Below, piece by piece: positions 45,931-57,615 of a stretch of DNA of 64,000 bases (within the stretch, counting starts at the first letter, position 1; each line of letters starts with the position of its first letter). Origin of the DNA: an uncultured Actinomycetes bacterium (GTDB lineage Bacteria; Actinomycetota; UBA4738; HRBIN12). The notes below the pieces were generated by a model that was not told the DNA's origin, ran no database searches, and was given only the letters and a program-made list of their open reading frames with translations. The stretch spans positions 800,001-864,000 of the forward strand of contig CAVPIB010000004.1 of NCBI GenBank assembly GCA_963704885.1, read 5' to 3'. The translations under genes and the position numbers were made by a program.

Positions 45931-48900
45931 TTAGGTGATGTTGAAGTTCTTCCAGACGCTGGTGGCGCCTACGTTGCCCGCAGCGTCGACCCCACGGGAC
46001 TGGAGCCCGTAGTTACCGGTCGAAGGTGGCGTGAACGTGTAGCTCCACCCGGTGGTGGTGCCGCCTGGGTTGTCCAACGTGGCGAGCACGTAGGTGTAGG
46101 CACCGAACGTAGTGCCGTTCCACCACGTGGTTCCCGGGTTCAGCCGGATGTAAATCCGCACCGACGTCACCCCCACGTTGTCCGAGACCGTCCCGGTGAT
46201 CGTCACCGTGCCGCCCGGATTGTTGCTGTTATTCCCGACCGGGAACGTGACCACGCTCTGGCCGGGGTTCGTCGTGTCGGCCGAACCGAACGTCGAGAAC
46301 CCGACCGGGCCGGCCGGTGAGGCATCCGCCACGAACGACGAATCCACGGCGGTTGCCGTCACCTGGTACGAGTCGGATGATGGCGCGATGAAGTTGTACG
46401 ACCACGTCGTCGATGTCGTGCCCGGCGTCGCGAGGGTGGCGTTCACCACCGCGTCCGTGGGTGACCAGGTTGAGCCGGTCCAGTACTGACCACCGGAGTT
46501 GGTGATCCGCACCGCGACGGAGCCCACGGCGAGGTTGTCCGTCGCGGACCCGGTGATGGATACCGGTCCGGTCGGGAACGACCCGCCCTCCGTGGGCGTG
46601 TTCAGCACGGTGTCCGGCGCCACCGTATCCGGCGGCACGTTGCTCACGGTGAACCGCACGTTCGGCGTGGAGTTGTCCACGTTGCCGGCCGCGTCGAGCG
46701 CCTGAACCAGGATCTGGAAGTCACCGGGGACTGTGCTCGATCTCGGCGTCCATGCCCATGTCCATCCGGTCGACGTGCCTCCCGGAGTATCCAGCGTCGT
46801 ATCCCACCACCGGAACGTCGAGCTGAACCCCGATCCCGAGGTCGACCCGCTCCAGTACTGGTTGTTCGACAGGCGCTTCAACGAGACCCGCACCTGGTTC
46901 ACACCCACGTCGTCGGTCGCCTGACCGGTGAACGTGATCGGCGCGAACGGCAGCGTCTGCTGAGGCGTCGCGATGGGGAACGTCAGCGTGCCGTCGGGGC
47001 GGGTCGTGTCCTGCGGCGGCAGCGGCGGCGCCGGGGCCACCGGAGCGGTGCCCGGCGTGCCGAACGTCCGCTGCGTCATCAAGCCGATTCCGCCGTTCGC
47101 GTCACGCGTTCGGGCGCGCACGAGGTACTCGTGCCCCGAGGTGATCCCGAGGAACGTATACCGCCACTGCACGCTGGTCATCGGCGAGCCGATACTCCCG
47201 CCTGAGTACGCGGCCAGGATCGGCCGGGTGGACGTGGCCACCCACGAGCTCTGACCGGGATCCCACCAGAGACCCGTGGTCATATCCTGGATGTAGAGGT
47301 CCACGCTCGCCACCGAGACCGCGTCCGTCGCCGTACCCGTGATCGTCACGGGCCCGAGCGTCGCCACGGCCTGCTGGTTCGCAGGCGCCGTGATTGCCGG
47401 GGCAGGCGGGGCGCCGGAATCCTGGAGCTTCGCCAGGTTCGGGTTGTAGACCTGGATCCGGTCGTTGCCGGCGTCGGTCACGTACAGGCGACCAGCGCTA
47501 TCCGCATCCAGCCCGATGGCACCGCGATAGTTGTAGGCGCCGTCGGTGAACGCGCCGCCCCACCCGCCGAGGTAGGTGCCCTGCAGGTCGAACGCCTGCA
47601 CGCGTGACAGGGCCTCGTCCGATTGGTACAGGACGCCCTCGCTGATAACGGCGTCCACGCCGTCGCGCATCTGGCCGGGGCCGGTACCGCTCGATCCGAA
47701 CCTGAACGGCGTAACGCCATCCGCGTTCAACACCTGTGTCCCTGCCTGCGTGTAGACCTCGAACCGGTCGGCTTGCGGGTTATTGATGTAGATGTTCCCG
47801 GTCGCCAAGTCGATCGCGGTGCCGTGGTTCGCCACCGGGATCATAAGGATCTCTTGCCGCGTGACCGCGTCGAAGATCTTCACACTGGCGGCCATCCGGT
47901 CGCCGATGACCACCCTCATGTTGCCCGTGGGTGGCTGGTAGAACTCGAAGTCCACCGGCCACCGGAAATGTCCGGGATCGGTGTCGTCGCTCCCGATCTG
48001 CCCGATCTGGGCGACGTAGGTCGGCGACCCCGCCGCGCTGGTGGGGTAGTTGTAGACCTGGAGGTGGTGCCCACGCTCGTTCGCCACCCAGATCTGGCGG
48101 TTCTGCGGATTGATCCCGATGCTCCGCGGGTAGTTCATGTCGAATGGTCCGCCGGGACCACGCTGGCCCCAGGAACCCATGAGGGCCCCGGTCGAAGAGA
48201 ACCGCTGGAACCGCTGGTTCCAGGCGTCGGCGACCCAGATCTCACCGGTCTGGTCGTCGACAGCCACGTCCCGCGGCTGGCCGAGGAGCCCCGCCGCCGG
48301 CTTCTCCGCGGGCACCGGGGCTCGCAGGAGCGGCGTGCCGTTCCAGCTGAACTTCTCGACCTCGAAGCCACCGAAGTCCCCAACCCACACGTTCTCGTCG
48401 TCGTCGATCGCCAGCTGGCGACCGCCACCGGTGAACTGACCGGGGCCGTTGCCCTCGCTACCGAACGAGCCCACGTATGCCCCCGCGAGCGTGAACATGT
48501 CGACATCGGAGTTCTGCGCATCGACCACGTAGACCCGGTTGCGGGCCTCATTGACCTCGACACCCCGGTTGTCCCCGCCGGTCTGAGTCACCCCGAACGT
48601 TCCGAGCAGCTCACCCTGCGGGAACGCCGTGCTCGTGGGCGCGTAGTGGTAGACGCGGCGATTCCAAGCGTCGCTGATGAAGAACGTGCCATCCGAGATC
48701 CGATCGATCCCGTAGAGCCGCGGGATGTCGTCGTCCGTCAGCACGTCTGGCGGCAGCACGATGATGTCCTGCGTCGCGTCCCGGGTCTCACCGGTCAACG
48801 TCGCGTTCGGGATGTACTTTGAGATCTTCGGCGGATCTGCGATCGTGTGCCAATAGTGGCTGTTGAGCATCCAAAGGAATCCCTGGTCGTCGACCGTGAT

Positions 48901-49362
48901 CCACACCGAGTACGGCAACGCTGAACCCGTCGGTCGGATCTCGTACAGGAAGTTCCCGTTGACGTCGTACTTCGCGATCCGGTTGGAGTAGGGGTTGTCC
49001 TTCAGCTCCGCGACGTAGATCGACCCGTCTACGGGGCTGACCGCACAGGTGTACGGCTGCCCGTCCTGGTCGGAACGATAGAAATCGAAGATGTGGTTCC
49101 CCTGCTTGTCGTAGACACGGACCTGGAAGTTCAAGTAGTCCGTGACGTAGACATAGCCGGTGAACTTGCTGAAGCACGTTCCCCAGGCGAACACGCCCGG
49201 ACGCCCACTGCCCCCGATCGACCGCAAGAACCGCGGCGGGAAGGTTGCGGCGGATGCCGGCGACGCCGGTATGAGCACCAGCACCGTGCTTGCGATGAGC
49301 GCGAGAGCAACAAGTGTCACCCCGCGGCGCTTGTTCGGTACGTCGTTGCGTCTCAAGTGCAC
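45931..49362 (-). CDS. Secreted NHL-repeat double beta-propeller + 4 Ig-like domains (NHL-C, paralog of NHL-B)
   Basis: GTG 49362 with RBS aaggagg. Signal GVTLVALALIASTVLVL as in NHL-B; shares IYVAELKDNP, GPGGPF.MNYPRSI and GSDDTDPGHFRWPVD. Confidence 0.87.
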   Translation of the reverse strand: MHLRRNDVPNKRRGVTLVALALIASTVLVLIPASPASAATFPPRFLRSIGGSGRPGVFAWGTCFSKFTGYVYVTDYLNFQVRVYDKQGNHIFDFYRSDQDGQPYTCAVSPVDGSIYVAELKDNPYSNRIAKYDVNGNFLYEIRPTGSALPYSVWITVDDQGFLWMLNSHYWHTIADPPKISKYIPNATLTGETRDATQDIIVLPPDVLTDDDIPRLYGIDRISDGTFFISDAWNRRVYHYAPTSTAFPQGELLGTFGVTQTGGDNRGVEVNEARNRVYVVDAQNSDVDMFTLAGAYVGSFGSEGNGPGQFTGGGRQLAIDDDENVWVGDFGGFEVEKFSWNGTPLLRAPVPAEKPAAGLLGQPRDVAVDDQTGEIWVADAWNQRFQRFSSTGALMGSWGQRGPGGPFDMNYPRSIGINPQNRQIWVANERGHHLQVYNYPTSAAGSPTYVAQIGQIGSDDTDPGHFRWPVDFEFYQPPTGNMRVVIGDRMAASVKIFDAVTRQEILMIPVANHGTAIDLATGNIYINNPQADRFEVYTQAGTQVLNADGVTPFRFGSSGTGPGQMRDGVDAVISEGVLYQSDEALSRVQAFDLQGTYLGGWGGAFTDGAYNYRGAIGLDADSAGRLYVTDAGNDRIQVYNPNLAKLQDSGAPPAPAITAPANQQAVATLGPVTITGTATDAVSVASVDLYIQDMTTGLWWDPGQSSWVATSTRPILAAYSGGSIGSPMTSVQWRYTFLGITSGHEYLVRARTRDANGGIGLMTQRTFGTPGTAPVAPAPPLPPQDTTRPDGTLTFPIATPQQTLPFAPITFTGQATDDVGVNQVRVSLKRLSNNQYWSGSTSGSGFSSTFRWWDTTLDTPGGTSTGWTWAWTPRSSTVPGDFQILVQALDAAGNVDNSTPNVRFTVSNVPPDTVAPDTVLNTPTEGGSFPTGPVSITGSATDNLAVGSVAVRITNSGGQYWTGSTWSPTDAVVNATLATPGTTSTTWSYNFIAPSSDSYQVTATAVDSSFVADASPAGPVGFSTFGSADTTNPGQSVVTFPVGNNSNNPGGTVTITGTVSDNVGVTSVRIYIRLNPGTTWWNGTTFGAYTYVLATLDNPGGTTTGWSYTFTPPSTGNYGLQSRGVDAAGNVGATSVWKNFNIT

Positions 49363-49384
49363 CTTATCCTCCTTCTGATGCCAG

Positions 49385-51202
49385 CTAACTGGCCACGACA
49401 GCGAACTCTTGGACCCGCTCGCCATTCATCTCGACTACGTACAACGAGGTTCCCGATGGGGACAGGTCCATACCCCACGGGAAGTTGAACCGTCCCAGTG
49501 AACCGCCCGGGCCTCCGAAGGCCCCGACGAACGTCCCACCCTTCCTCCAGACCTTGATCATGTTGGCGCTCGAATCCGCCACGAAGACGAAGTCGGCGTC
49601 GATCTCAACATCTCCCACTTGACCGAGGTTGCTCGTCCCGCTCCCGGGTGTGCCGACCGAACCGAGGTAGCTCCCCGCGTTGGTGTAGTGGCGGACCCGG
49701 CCGGCGTCGGCGATCCAGATCGAGTTGTCGATGGGATCGAGGCCGATCCCTCGGGGCTGGCTGAACAACGGCCCTGCTCCGCTCCCGAACGAATAGAGGA
49801 GCGCCCCGACCGAACTGAGTACGTTCACCCTGCGCGTACCGATGTCGCCGAAGTAGATCCGACCGTCGGCACCGACGTCTACCTGGAACGCCTTGCCGTT
49901 CGCCTGCCATTGGTAGACGCCATCGTTCGTGTACTTCTTGATCCGGGAGTTGTCCGTGTCTGCGACGACGACCGCGCCGGTGGTGCGGTCGACGGCGATC
50001 CCGCGTTGGTAGTTGAAACCGTACGAGCCGCCCCCGCGGGAGCCCCATTGGGTCATGTATGACCCGTCTGCCGCGAACTTCTGGATGCGCCAGTTCCGCT
50101 GGTCGGCCACGAAGATCTGGCCGTTCGCATCAACAGCCACGCCGGAAGATGCGTTGAATCCGCCGTCGGGAGGTCCGAGGGTAGATGTTGCCAAGATGAA
50201 TTGACCGCTGGAAGTGAACTTCTGCGCCTTGAAATCGGGCATGTCAGCGACCCACACGTTCCCATCGTGATCCACCGTCACCCCTCGACCTCCACCGACG
50301 AACTTCCCAGGGGTCGAGCCGACCCCGCCGAAGCGGAGGAGGTATGTGCCGGTCGTCGTGAACTTGCTCACATACCCGTTCGAGGCGTCGACGATGTAGA
50401 CCCACTCGTTCGCCTGATCGACCGCGAGGCCGCGCATGTCCCCACCGAACCGGCCGGGGCTCGACCCGCTCGAGCCGAAAGAGCGGACGAACGACACGCT
50501 CGAAGCCGTGGTCCCCGCGTCTTGGAGCCGGAAGACGTCGACGCGCCGGCCCGACGCCTCGGCGACGAACAGGAGATCGCTCGTCGGGGAGTCGCAGTGA
50601 TAGCAGATGTCCATACCCCGTGGCGTCTGAACCCTCCCCGGGCTCGTCGTGCCGAACTGGAACAGCTCAGTGCCGGTGGGTGACACCATGACCAAGTTGT
50701 TGTCACGGGAGTCGGCGACGACGAGCCTGCCGTTGCTCGTCACGGCTTGATAGGCGGGATAGATGAACCGCCCGCTTCCCGAGCCTGCGCTCGGCCCGCC
50801 TACGCTGTACAGGAACGAACCGGTCGCCGAGTACTTGTCGACAGTCGCTCCCGCGTCGACGTCGCCGAAATAGAAGTCACCGTTCCGCGGATCGACCGCG
50901 ACGCTGTAGGGCGCCTGGTGAGCCGCCGGTCCGGTGAAGTTCGGCCCGACGAGCTGTTGGTCGAAGGAGCCGTCAGTGTTGAAGGTTACGACGCGCCAGT
51001 TCCAGTAGTCGGTCATCAGGATCTTGCCGTCGAGCGTGGTCGCGAGACCCCACGGGTAGACGTCGGCGTGTCCTGGGTCACCGATCTGACGCACAGGCAC
51101 CAGTGAGACCGTCGTCGCTGCACCCGCGGCGACGGGAACGAACCACGCCACGGCGACCAGCGCAGCGAGGGCAGCCGACAGGGCGCCGAGCCGTTTCGTC
51201 AT
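49385..51202 (-). CDS. Secreted NHL-repeat double beta-propeller without Ig domains (NHL-D)
   Basis: Signal peptide; YPWG...DYWNWR first blade; about 12 NHL-like repeats. Confidence 0.85.
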   Translation of the reverse strand: MTKRLGALSAALAALVAVAWFVPVAAGAATTVSLVPVRQIGDPGHADVYPWGLATTLDGKILMTDYWNWRVVTFNTDGSFDQQLVGPNFTGPAAHQAPYSVAVDPRNGDFYFGDVDAGATVDKYSATGSFLYSVGGPSAGSGSGRFIYPAYQAVTSNGRLVVADSRDNNLVMVSPTGTELFQFGTTSPGRVQTPRGMDICYHCDSPTSDLLFVAEASGRRVDVFRLQDAGTTASSVSFVRSFGSSGSSPGRFGGDMRGLAVDQANEWVYIVDASNGYVSKFTTTGTYLLRFGGVGSTPGKFVGGGRGVTVDHDGNVWVADMPDFKAQKFTSSGQFILATSTLGPPDGGFNASSGVAVDANGQIFVADQRNWRIQKFAADGSYMTQWGSRGGGSYGFNYQRGIAVDRTTGAVVVADTDNSRIKKYTNDGVYQWQANGKAFQVDVGADGRIYFGDIGTRRVNVLSSVGALLYSFGSGAGPLFSQPRGIGLDPIDNSIWIADAGRVRHYTNAGSYLGSVGTPGSGTSNLGQVGDVEIDADFVFVADSSANMIKVWRKGGTFVGAFGGPGGSLGRFNFPWGMDLSPSGTSLYVVEMNGERVQEFAVVAS

Positions 51203-51492
51203 CCGACTTGCCCTCCCATCTCAGCTGCCCCGATCTCGGTAGCCGGAACCTGATACCGGCGTAACTAGTCCCCGCTGTGGGTTCTGCCTTCTTCTTCTGT
51301 TCGGACGCCCGACCTAGCCCTCGGAGTGTCGATGTGTTCCGGGGATTCTGACGGTCATCAAGGGGATACGGCATCCCCACAATGGGGGATACGGGTCATA
51401 GCCTTTGTCGTAGGCCAACTGCGGGGTCGACGACCGTCGCGGATGGTTAGTCGCATCTGGAGCGGGTTGCCCTTAGGCCGATCGTTTGACGG

Positions 51493-51531
51493 GCAACCCT
51501 ACACGGTCACGGAGCGACCGTGTAGGGTTGC
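51493..51531. repeat. Perfect 16-bp inverted repeat in the divergent intergenic region
   Basis: gcaaccctacacggtc-acggagc-gaccgtgtagggttgc. Confidence 0.9.
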
Positions 51532-51646
51532 TGGCTACATCGATCAGAGGTCGGTGCCGCCCGGACCAATGCCTTAAGGCGAAGGACCCGAGCGTCCCCA
51601 GGTCACCGACCAGGTACTTCCCCCCGAGCGACCAAGGAGTCTCGCC

Positions 51647-53822
51647 ATGTCACTTGAGCGTACGTCCCCGTCTGGGGCGCCCGTTCGTTCAGAGCACCCC
51701 CCCTCCCGGCGGAGGGTCGGAGTCGCCCTGGCCCTCACGCTGGTCGCGGCGCTGCTGGCTGTCGCCCCGACGGTTGGAGCCGGAGCCGCGGCATCGTCAT
51801 TCCTGGGAACCAAGCCCTATCTTCGTCTCTTCACGCAAGCCGGGGACTGCATGCAGATCATCAACGCCAACAACCTCATGGGCTCAGCCCTCACGGCCAA
51901 GCTCGACGAGCTCACGTCGTACTACGTGCACTTCCACAGTGAGGGGAGCAACAACTTCCAGCTCGGCAAGGACTGCCAGGGCTCGTCACCGACCACGTTC
52001 GCGTCCAAGCTGGCGGGTCGGGGCGCGTGGGTTTCGAACTATAGGAACGGCTCGTTCGTCTCCCAGGCGAACCTTGGTCAGATCAACTTCGGTGAGGCGG
52101 CCGACATCGAGACGAAGGCGCCCCTGCGCGATCGGCACATACTGGCCCGGCAACTACATCCCCAACCAAGCCGGGAACGACAATTCCACCGGCGCCCGGC
52201 TGACGGCGGCCCTGACCGCGAACGCCACCACGGTGAGGGTCTCTTCGGTGGCATCGAGCGGTCGCCCGTCAGGGAGTTCCTCCACCTGGCCGTACATCAA
52301 TTCGAAGGGTTCAGGCCTGAACGCGAACGCACATTCGAAGAGCACGGCCGACTACGTCTCGTGGATCAGGGTGGACAACGAGCTGATGCAGATCACATCG
52401 AATCCCGCCACCAGCGGCACCGACGTGGTTCTGACCGTCCGTCGCGGGCTCTGGGGGACCGGGGCGACATCACACTCCGTGAGTAGCAGGGTCATGGCTC
52501 CTACCTACCTCGGGAACCGGAACGCCGACTCCAGCCTGAGCGGGACCCCGAGCCGCAACAACGCAAGCTACCCCCTCCGCTACGCCATCAAGATCTGGCA
52601 GTCGAACGGCTACGGCTGGCTGGCAGACCGTATCCAGGCGTCGTTCGGCTCCGGGCTCCAAGGGTTCAACACGGTGTGGCTGGACGTGTCGAGCTGTCAC
52701 CAGGACAACCATTCCGACCCCTACGGCAACCCGGTCTTCGGCTGGTACGACGCCAGCAACACGAAGATGATGGCCACGCAGTACGGCGCTGCCCAGAAGA
52801 CGAAGCTCGCAGGTCTTCGCTCGCGTTTCCCCGGCGTGAAGTTCACAGGGAACAACATGTTCCAGAACGACGCCTGTAACTTCGACCTGCTGGGAAACGC
52901 GTACGACGGCGGCGTCATCGAGAACTACCTCCAGTCCGCGAACGGCTCGTGGGCCGAGCAGATGGAAACGACCTTCGCCGCGATGGTCGGCAACTGGCCT
53001 GCGCTCTACTGGGCCCGGTGGGATTACGGCTTCGGTGGATCGGTTCCCGCCTACAAGCGGTTCACGTATGGCTCGGTTCTCCTGGCCTACCGCACGTCAG
53101 ATACGCGCTACCAGTACGGCGGCACGTTCAACCTGAACAAGCCCGACGAGCTCTTCTTCTGGAACTTCGGAGCCCCGCAGGGCAGCCCGAGCTCGATAAC
53201 CGATGTCGATATCCCTGGTACCTCGCTCTACAGGCGTGACTTCGCGAACGGGTTCGTGGTCGTGAATCCATCGAACTCGTCGGCGAACTACAGCCTGGGG
53301 GGCACCTTCTACGACGCGGTCAACAAGGACGCTTCGGGCAACCCGGAGGCCGTCACGTCCGTGACGATCGCCGCACACGACGCCGCCTTCCTCCTGCGCG
53401 ACTCAAGCTCTGGCGGTGGCGGTGGCGGCGGTGGCGGTGGCGGTGGCGGTGGCGGCGATACGACGACGCCCAATACCACGCTGACCCAGCCGGCCGCGGG
53501 AGCGTCGATCCCCAGAGGCACCATCAACATAAGCGGCACTGCGACCGACAACACGGGCGTCACGCGAGTGAGCGTCGGCATCCAGCGGACTTCGACCGGT
53601 CTTTGGTGGCATGCCAACGGAACCTGGGGGTCCTACCAAGCCCTCACGGCGACCCTGGTGTCCGCCGGCGCCACGACCACGACGTGGCGCTACCGGTGGC
53701 CTGCGCCCAACACAGGGAACTTCTTGATCCAGGCTACTGCGCGAGATGCCGCGAACAACGTCGACGCGTCACCCGCCACGAGGTCGTTCAGGGTCAGATG
53801 GAGAGCCCGAACTTCGACTTAG
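51647..53822 (+). CDS. Secreted GHL15-like glycoside hydrolase with inserted beta-domain, Gly15 linker and Ig-like domain (one indel near 52127)
   Basis: RBS aaggag; signal peptide; FNTVWLD, GNN, YDGGVIENY, G.P.G and YRRDF.NGFVVVNPS. Collinear with 54159..55865 once one base is removed. Confidence 0.72.
53412..53456 (+). repeat. (GGT/GGC)15 poly-glycine linker
   Basis: Fifteen consecutive Gly codons. Confidence 0.9.
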
Positions 53823-54158
53823 GGTCGAGTCTGACCTTGATCCTGACCTGACGCGAGCGATCGTAACCTGATCTTCTTCTGGGACGCCGGTCGAGGGTGT
53901 CCGTAGCTCCCGCTGATGCGCCGACACATGTCAAGGGCCGCATGGCGAAGAACCACTCACCCGAGAGGGTGACACCCGCCGTGGGCCCCGTTCGTCACCG
54001 AATCAGCCGACCGACCGATACAGGAGGGGCGCCCACCAAGCCGACGTAGCCAGTACGGAATCGAACCGTGATGCCGGAACCCACCGAGGGGGCGGAGTCG
54101 CACACACGTGCCACCGTCCTGCACCCACGGAGGTCTGGTCAGGGGGAGGTACGCACTG

Positions 54159-57100
54159 ATGCGAACGAAGCGATCGATCGGGACGGCGCTCGCGATCTTC
54201 ATGGTGTTCCAGCTGGTGGGAGCGCTCGGCTCGGCGGGGCCTCGGCTTCCGCTCCCGACTTCCCGTCGCTGCTTCCGAACCATCCGTACCTCAGGCTCTT
54301 CACGCAGGTGAACGACTGCCTTCAAACCCGTACTGCGAACCAGCTCACGGGGTCGTCTCTCTCGGCCCGGCTCGACGAGCTCACTCGCTGGTTCGTCCAC
54401 TTCCACAGCGAGGGCAGCAATAACTGGTTGCTCGGGAAGGACTGCCAAGGGTCGTCGACGACGACGCTCGCCAGCAAGCTCTCCGACCGAGGCGTCTGGA
54501 CGTCGAACTATCGCAACGGCTCGTTCGTCTCCCAAGCCAATCAGGGCCAGATCAACTTCGGGGAGGCCGCCGACATCGAGACGAAGGCGCCCCTTTCCAT
54601 CGGCACCTACTGGGCGGGCAACTACCGGCCCAACGTAGCCGGCAACGACGCCTCGACTGCGGCACGGCTCACGCAATCGCTTTCCTCCGGAGCCACGACC
54701 GTCACCGTATCGGCGGTACCTGCGTCCGAACGCCCCTCCGGCACGTCCGGAACATGGCCATTCCTCAACTCCAGAGGAGCCGGACTGAACATCAACGCAC
54801 ACTCGCAGAACACCTATGACTTCGTTTCGTGGATCCGCGTGGACAACGAGATGATGCAGGTCATCGCCAACCCACAGCTGAGTGGAAACGACGTCATCCT
54901 CACGGTTCGCCGCGGGCTGTGGGGCACCAACGCCGCCTCGCACACGGTCGACAGCCGGGTCATGTCGCCGACCTACATCGGCAACGTCAACGGTGAGTCG
55001 CAGCTGAACGGCACGCCGCTACGAGCGGACCCGAGCTCCCCGCTCCGATACGCGCTGAAGCTATGGCAGTCCGACGCCGCCAACTGGATCGCCGACCGGA
55101 TCCAGACGACCTTCGGCGCGGGACTGCAAGGCTTCAACACCGTTTGGCTCGACGTGTCGAGCTGTCATCAGGACAACCACGCCGATCCCTCCGGGAACCC
55201 GGTGTTCGGTTGGTACGACGCTGGGAACACGAAGATGAACGGCACCCGATACGGGGAGACGCAGAAGGCGAAGCTCGCTGTCCTGCGCTCCCGCTTCCCA
55301 GGCGTGAAGTTCACGGGCAACAACATGACCTACAACGACACGTGCAACAACGATCTGCTGAACAACGCCTACGACGGTGGTGTGCTCGAGCACTACCTGA
55401 AGTTGGAGATGGGAGCCAGCTTCACGAGCCAGATGGACCTGACGTTCGACTCGATGGCCAACAACTCGCCGGCACTGTTCTGGGTTCGGTGGGACTACCT
55501 CATGAACGGCAACGTCGAGGCCTACAAGCGCTTCGCGTACGCGTCCGTCCTGCTCGGCTACCGCACCAGCGCCAGCCGATACCAGTACGGCGGCACGTTC
55601 AATCTCGACAAGCCCGGGAACCTGTACTTCTGGGATTGGGGCACTCCCCAGGGCACTCCATCGCAGCTCTCCGATGTCGCGATCCCGGGAACTCCCCTGT
55701 ACCGTCGAGACTTCCAGAATGGCTTCGTCTTGGTGAACCCCTCGAACTCACCGGTCAGCTACAACCTTGGCGGCACCTTCTACGACGCTGTCGCGAACGA
55801 CACGAACCCGGTGCCGGTGACGTCCGTGACCGTCGGCGCACGAGACGCTGCTTTCCTGCTGCGTCCCGCCTCTGGCTCGGGGAGCCAGACGCCTGCCCCG
55901 ACGCCGACTCCCTCGCCGAGCCAGGCCCCGCCGCCCAGCCCGGCGCCGTCGCCTTCGCCTTCGCCTTCGCCATCTCAGTCGCCCACAACCACGTTCCCGA
56001 TCGGAACCACGACGATCACCGTGCCGTCGGGATCGAAGAACCTGTCGGTGACGGTGCACTATCCAGCCACGAGCGCCGGCGCCGACAAGCCGGTCGCTCC
56101 CGGTACGCATCCGCTCATCGTGGTCGGTCATGGAGCCGCGTTGACAGGGGTCGATTCGGCCACGCAGAACGACTACCTCGCCTCCGCTGGCTACATCGTG
56201 GCTGGGCCGTCGTTCGGGAACATCGTCTACGACATCCCGCAGGGCGCACGCGACGTGACGGCCGTGATCACGAACATGTCGGGGCTCTCGTCGGGCCTCC
56301 TGGCGAACAAGGTCGATGTCGCACGGGTCGGGTATCTGGGGACCTCGATGGGCGGCATGATCGGCCTCGCCCTGCTACAGCCCGCCACCTATGACGCCCG
56401 TGTCAAGGCCATCGTCGTACGTGCCGGGAGCACCACCGGAAGCGGAGCGCTGGTTGCAGGGCCCGCCCTGCTCCAGATGCATGGCACGGCGGATACGACG
56501 GTACCGTTCGCATCCGGTCAGGCGGCCTACGCGCGAGCCCAAGCACCCAAGGCGTTCATCTCGCTCGCCGGTGTGGGACATGACCTCGTCGTCCAGGGCC
56601 CGCTCTTCAAGGAGGGTCCGCTGGGGTTCTTCGCGCGGTTCGTGCTCGGCGACCCGGGTGGTCTCGAGCGCCTGAACGCTGCCGTCGCGGCAACGCCTAT
56701 CGCGACGATGGAATCGCAGTGGGGAGCGGCACCGCCCCCTTCGCCGAGCCCGATCCCGTCGGCCCCGCCGTCGCCGAGCCCTGTGCCTTTGCCGTCGCCG
56801 TCTCCGTCGACCCCGCAGGGGCCAGCACCGCCTGCCCCGTCACCCAGCCCGGCGCCTTCGCCTTCACCAAGTCCTCAGCCGATCCCCGACAACACGGCGC
56901 CCGATACATCGGTGAACTCGCCGGCTAACGACGCCACCCTACCCTTGAAGTCCGTCGCGATCCGCGGGGGGGCAACGGACAACGTGGGTGTGGCCCAGGT
57001 CTTCGTTGCCATCCGCAACAAGGTCTCTCGCTTGTGGCTGCAGCCGAACGGGAACTGGGGCTCGACTTATCAGAACCTGCCGGCGAGCGTACCCTCGCCT

Positions 57101-57589
57101 GGAGCCACTTCAACATCCTGGTCGTACAACTGGGCGCCTCAGACCCCAGGATCATTCATCCTGGTCATCAAGGCGAAGGACAGTGCGGGGAACCTTGATC
57201 CCTCCCCCGCCGGTTCATCCTTCAAGGTGGGCTCCGATAAGCTCGCGGCGCGAGCGCGGGTGGCAACCAGGAACGTTCGCGCCCGGCCCAACGCTCGACC
57301 CGGTCGGAACGTCCTCCTGCGCGGGTCGGCGTTCGACAACCAGGCGGTCGGCGCGGTGTTGGTCGCCATCAAGAGCAAGGCCACCGGCCGCTACTGGCAC
57401 CCGGGCGGCAAGTGGGGGCGCCAGCACTACTACCGCTCGAGGCTGGGCACGCCGGGAGCCCGCTCGTCGAACTGGCGGTTCCGCGTGCAGCTTCGCCCCG
57501 GACGCTATCGATTGCAGCTTGCTTCGATCGACTCCTCGGGCAACCTGTACATCAGGTGGATCAGGATCCGCGTACGCTATCACCGCTGA
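54159..57589 (+). CDS. Secreted GHL15-like hydrolase + alpha/beta hydrolase + 2 Ig-like domains (one indel in a G-run near 54238)
   Basis: Signal MRTKRSIGTALAIF... lies in another frame from ATG 54159 (RBS ggggagg). Paralogous to 51647..53822, then GTSMGG / HGTAD.TVP / GVGH triad motifs between Pro-Ser linkers. Confidence 0.78.
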
Positions 57590-57615
57590 CCCACGCGCCC
57601 GGCCGTGGACACGGC

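Noticed and set aside
51230-51360. c-di-GMP-I or c-di-AMP riboswitch in the NHL-D leader
   Set aside because: Only fragments resemble the consensus (gaatcc, gaacccacagc, ggctaccga); the core elements could not be assembled by eye.
53823-54158. ncRNA or riboswitch between the two GHL15-like genes
   Set aside because: Small hairpins are present but no recognisable family consensus; compatible with a terminator plus promoter.
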